Assembly: GCA_030638575.1 (NCBI GenBank)
Contig: DAOWEJ010000014.1
Span: 5,041 to 69,040 of the forward strand
DNA from: Deltaproteobacteria bacterium
Lineage (GTDB): Bacteria; Desulfobacterota; Desulfobacteria; Desulfobacterales; JAUWMJ01
Direction: 5' to 3'
DNA length: 64,000 nt
Numbering within the stretch: position 1 is the first letter of the stretch; each line of letters opens with the position of its first letter. Under the pieces are notes generated by a model. It ran no database searches and had not been told where the DNA came from. It worked only from the letters and a program-made list of their open reading frames with translations. Positions 62,634 through 64,000 of the stretch are shown piece after piece. Made by a program: the position numbers and the translations under genes.

Positions 62634-63991
62634 ATATTATGTTTAAAATAGGCGCGACAGTTATCAAGGAACTTTTATTACTCTGGCGAGACAGGGCCGG
62701 TATGCTTGTGCTCTTTGTTATGCCCGCTCTGCTCGTGCTTGTAATTACATTGGTTCAGGAAAATGTTCTGAGAACGATGGGGGAAAGCAGCACCAGGATA
62801 CTGCTTGTAGATAAGGACGGGCAGTCCCTTGGGCAGACTGTTGAAAAAAAGCTGCTTGAATCCGGCCTTGTTGAAATCATAAAAGAGATAGATGGAAGAG
62901 AAGTTGACGAAAAAGAAGCTGTAGAGGCCGTTATAAATAGTGATTTTCAGCTGTGTATTATCATTCCTAAAGGAATTACAAAAGCGGTAAAAGCAAAGGC
63001 CAGGCAGGTTGTAATGAAGTCCCTTTCCATGGACGACACTTCGGCCGTAAATAAAACACCCGGAAAGGAAATACAACGGCCCGACATTGCCGTCTATTTC
63101 GATCCAACCGTACTTGGAGGATTTCGATCCGCTATCTTAAACTCTCTCAACCTGGTAATTGTCGGCATAGAAATAGACGAAAAAATGAAGGTGCTATCCA
63201 GGCTCTTGCCTGAATATATAAATATGAGTATTCGAAAGGAGATGGGTCCTTTTGTGCCTGAGGATCTCATTAAGGATATTCCCGGGATACAACTTGATTT
63301 TAGCAGCAATCCCCTGCTGGAGGTAAGGGAAAAACCGGCCTACGAAAATGCTTTTGAAAAAACACCTACCTCTGTGCAGCAAAACGTTCCTGCATGGGCG
63401 CTGTTCGGCATATTTTTTATTGTTGTTCCCATGGCAGGAGGTTTAATAAAAGAAAGGCACGATAAGACATTATCACGGCTTCTGACCATGCCGGTTTCAT
63501 ACATAACTCTGATTTCAGGTAAGGTCATTGCATATGTTTTTGTCTGCCTGATCCAGTTTGGGCTTATATTGGTCATCGGAAAGTTCCTACTTCCCCTTTT
63601 AGGGTCACCCATGCTGGAGATCGGTTCTGATCCCATGGCACTTATTATCATAACCTTAAGCGCCATACTCGCTGCAACAGGTTACGGGGTTTTGCTCGGA
63701 ACAGTTGCCAGAACCTATGAGCAGGCCTCAATGTTCGGTCCCATTTCAATAGTTATTGCTGCCGCCCTGGGCGGGATTATGGTTCCGGTGTATGCCATGC
63801 CGAAGATAATGCAAAAAATAAGCGCCTTTTCTCCTCTAGAATGGGGTCTCGATGCATTTCTGGACATTTTTGTTCGGGGGGGAAATATAAAAACCGTTCT
63901 TTTCGACGTGTTTTTACTGCTTTCCTTTTTTGTTGTCACCATGTTTGTATCGTGGATTTACTTCTTTCACAAAACGCGAAACGGTGCGTAG
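62630..63991 (+). CDS. ABC-2 family transporter permease
   Basis: N-terminal TM segment, large periplasmic loop, and a C-terminal 5-TM bundle; 4-nt overlap with the ATPase gene. Confidence 0.8.
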   Translation: MNIMFKIGATVIKELLLLWRDRAGMLVLFVMPALLVLVITLVQENVLRTMGESSTRILLVDKDGQSLGQTVEKKLLESGLVEIIKEIDGREVDEKEAVEAVINSDFQLCIIIPKGITKAVKAKARQVVMKSLSMDDTSAVNKTPGKEIQRPDIAVYFDPTVLGGFRSAILNSLNLVIVGIEIDEKMKVLSRLLPEYINMSIRKEMGPFVPEDLIKDIPGIQLDFSSNPLLEVREKPAYENAFEKTPTSVQQNVPAWALFGIFFIVVPMAGGLIKERHDKTLSRLLTMPVSYITLISGKVIAYVFVCLIQFGLILVIGKFLLPLLGSPMLEIGSDPMALIIITLSAILAATGYGVLLGTVARTYEQASMFGPISIVIAAALGGIMVPVYAMPKIMQKISAFSPLEWGLDAFLDIFVRGGNIKTVLFDVFLLLSFFVVTMFVSWIYFFHKTRNGA

Positions 63992-64000
63992 GCTGGTCAA

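Noticed and set aside
1-64000. rRNA, tRNA, tmRNA, CRISPR or prophage content.
   Set aside because: Reading both strands, I recognised no cloverleaf-like or rRNA-like conserved strings, no cas genes and no phage structural genes. A tRNAscan/Infernal run would be needed to exclude small RNAs formally.

Overview
The gene content of this 64-kb window suggests a sulfate-reducer-type (Desulfobacterales-like) deltaproteobacterial chromosome; this assignment is an inference. About 60 genes can be supported.

(1) A type-II FAS / aryl-polyene (APE)-like lipid locus is split into three pieces.
- 1-13,991: at least 4 ketosynthase (KS) units, 2 ACPs, 2 hotdog dehydratases, FabG, a LolA-like protein, a lipoprotein, and four radical SAM enzymes (two with B12-binding domains). 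No enoyl reductase is present.
- 36,624-37,514: an LpxL-type acyltransferase.
- 50,771-63,991: an MMPL exporter fused to a methyltransferase, a GT2 glycosyltransferase, a DAK2-DegV fusion, a thioesterase, a BtrH-like protein, an ACP, a KS plus a KS-like partner, and an ABC-2 exporter.
This locus is my best candidate for an undescribed system.

(2) A complete pstSCAB-phoU-phoBR phosphate operon (14.1-22.1 kb).

(3) An arsR-hgcA-hgcB-CDF mercury-methylation locus (22.6-25.9 kb). An in-frame TGA directly after a Cys codon lies upstream of the called hgcA start.

(4) Housekeeping genes.
- lgt.
- lnt, interrupted by one in-frame TGA.
- prfB, with its programmed +1 frameshift.
- An HD hydrolase.
- A TPP-riboswitch-controlled thiZXY-type ABC importer.

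(5) A roughly 13-kb accessory island (37.6-50.4 kb).
- A DUF4143-type AAA ATPase.
- Three toxin-antitoxin modules bracketed by 320-bp direct repeats.
- A DapA-like gene.
- A RAYT-like Y1 transposase.
- A TIR-domain protein next to an LRR-Roc-COR GTPase.

Nearly every intergenic region is filled with nested, modular palindromic repeats belonging to several families. Some of them overlap stop codons or carry decayed gene fragments. I recognised no rRNA, tRNA or CRISPR. All functional calls rest on motif recognition by eye; no database search was run.
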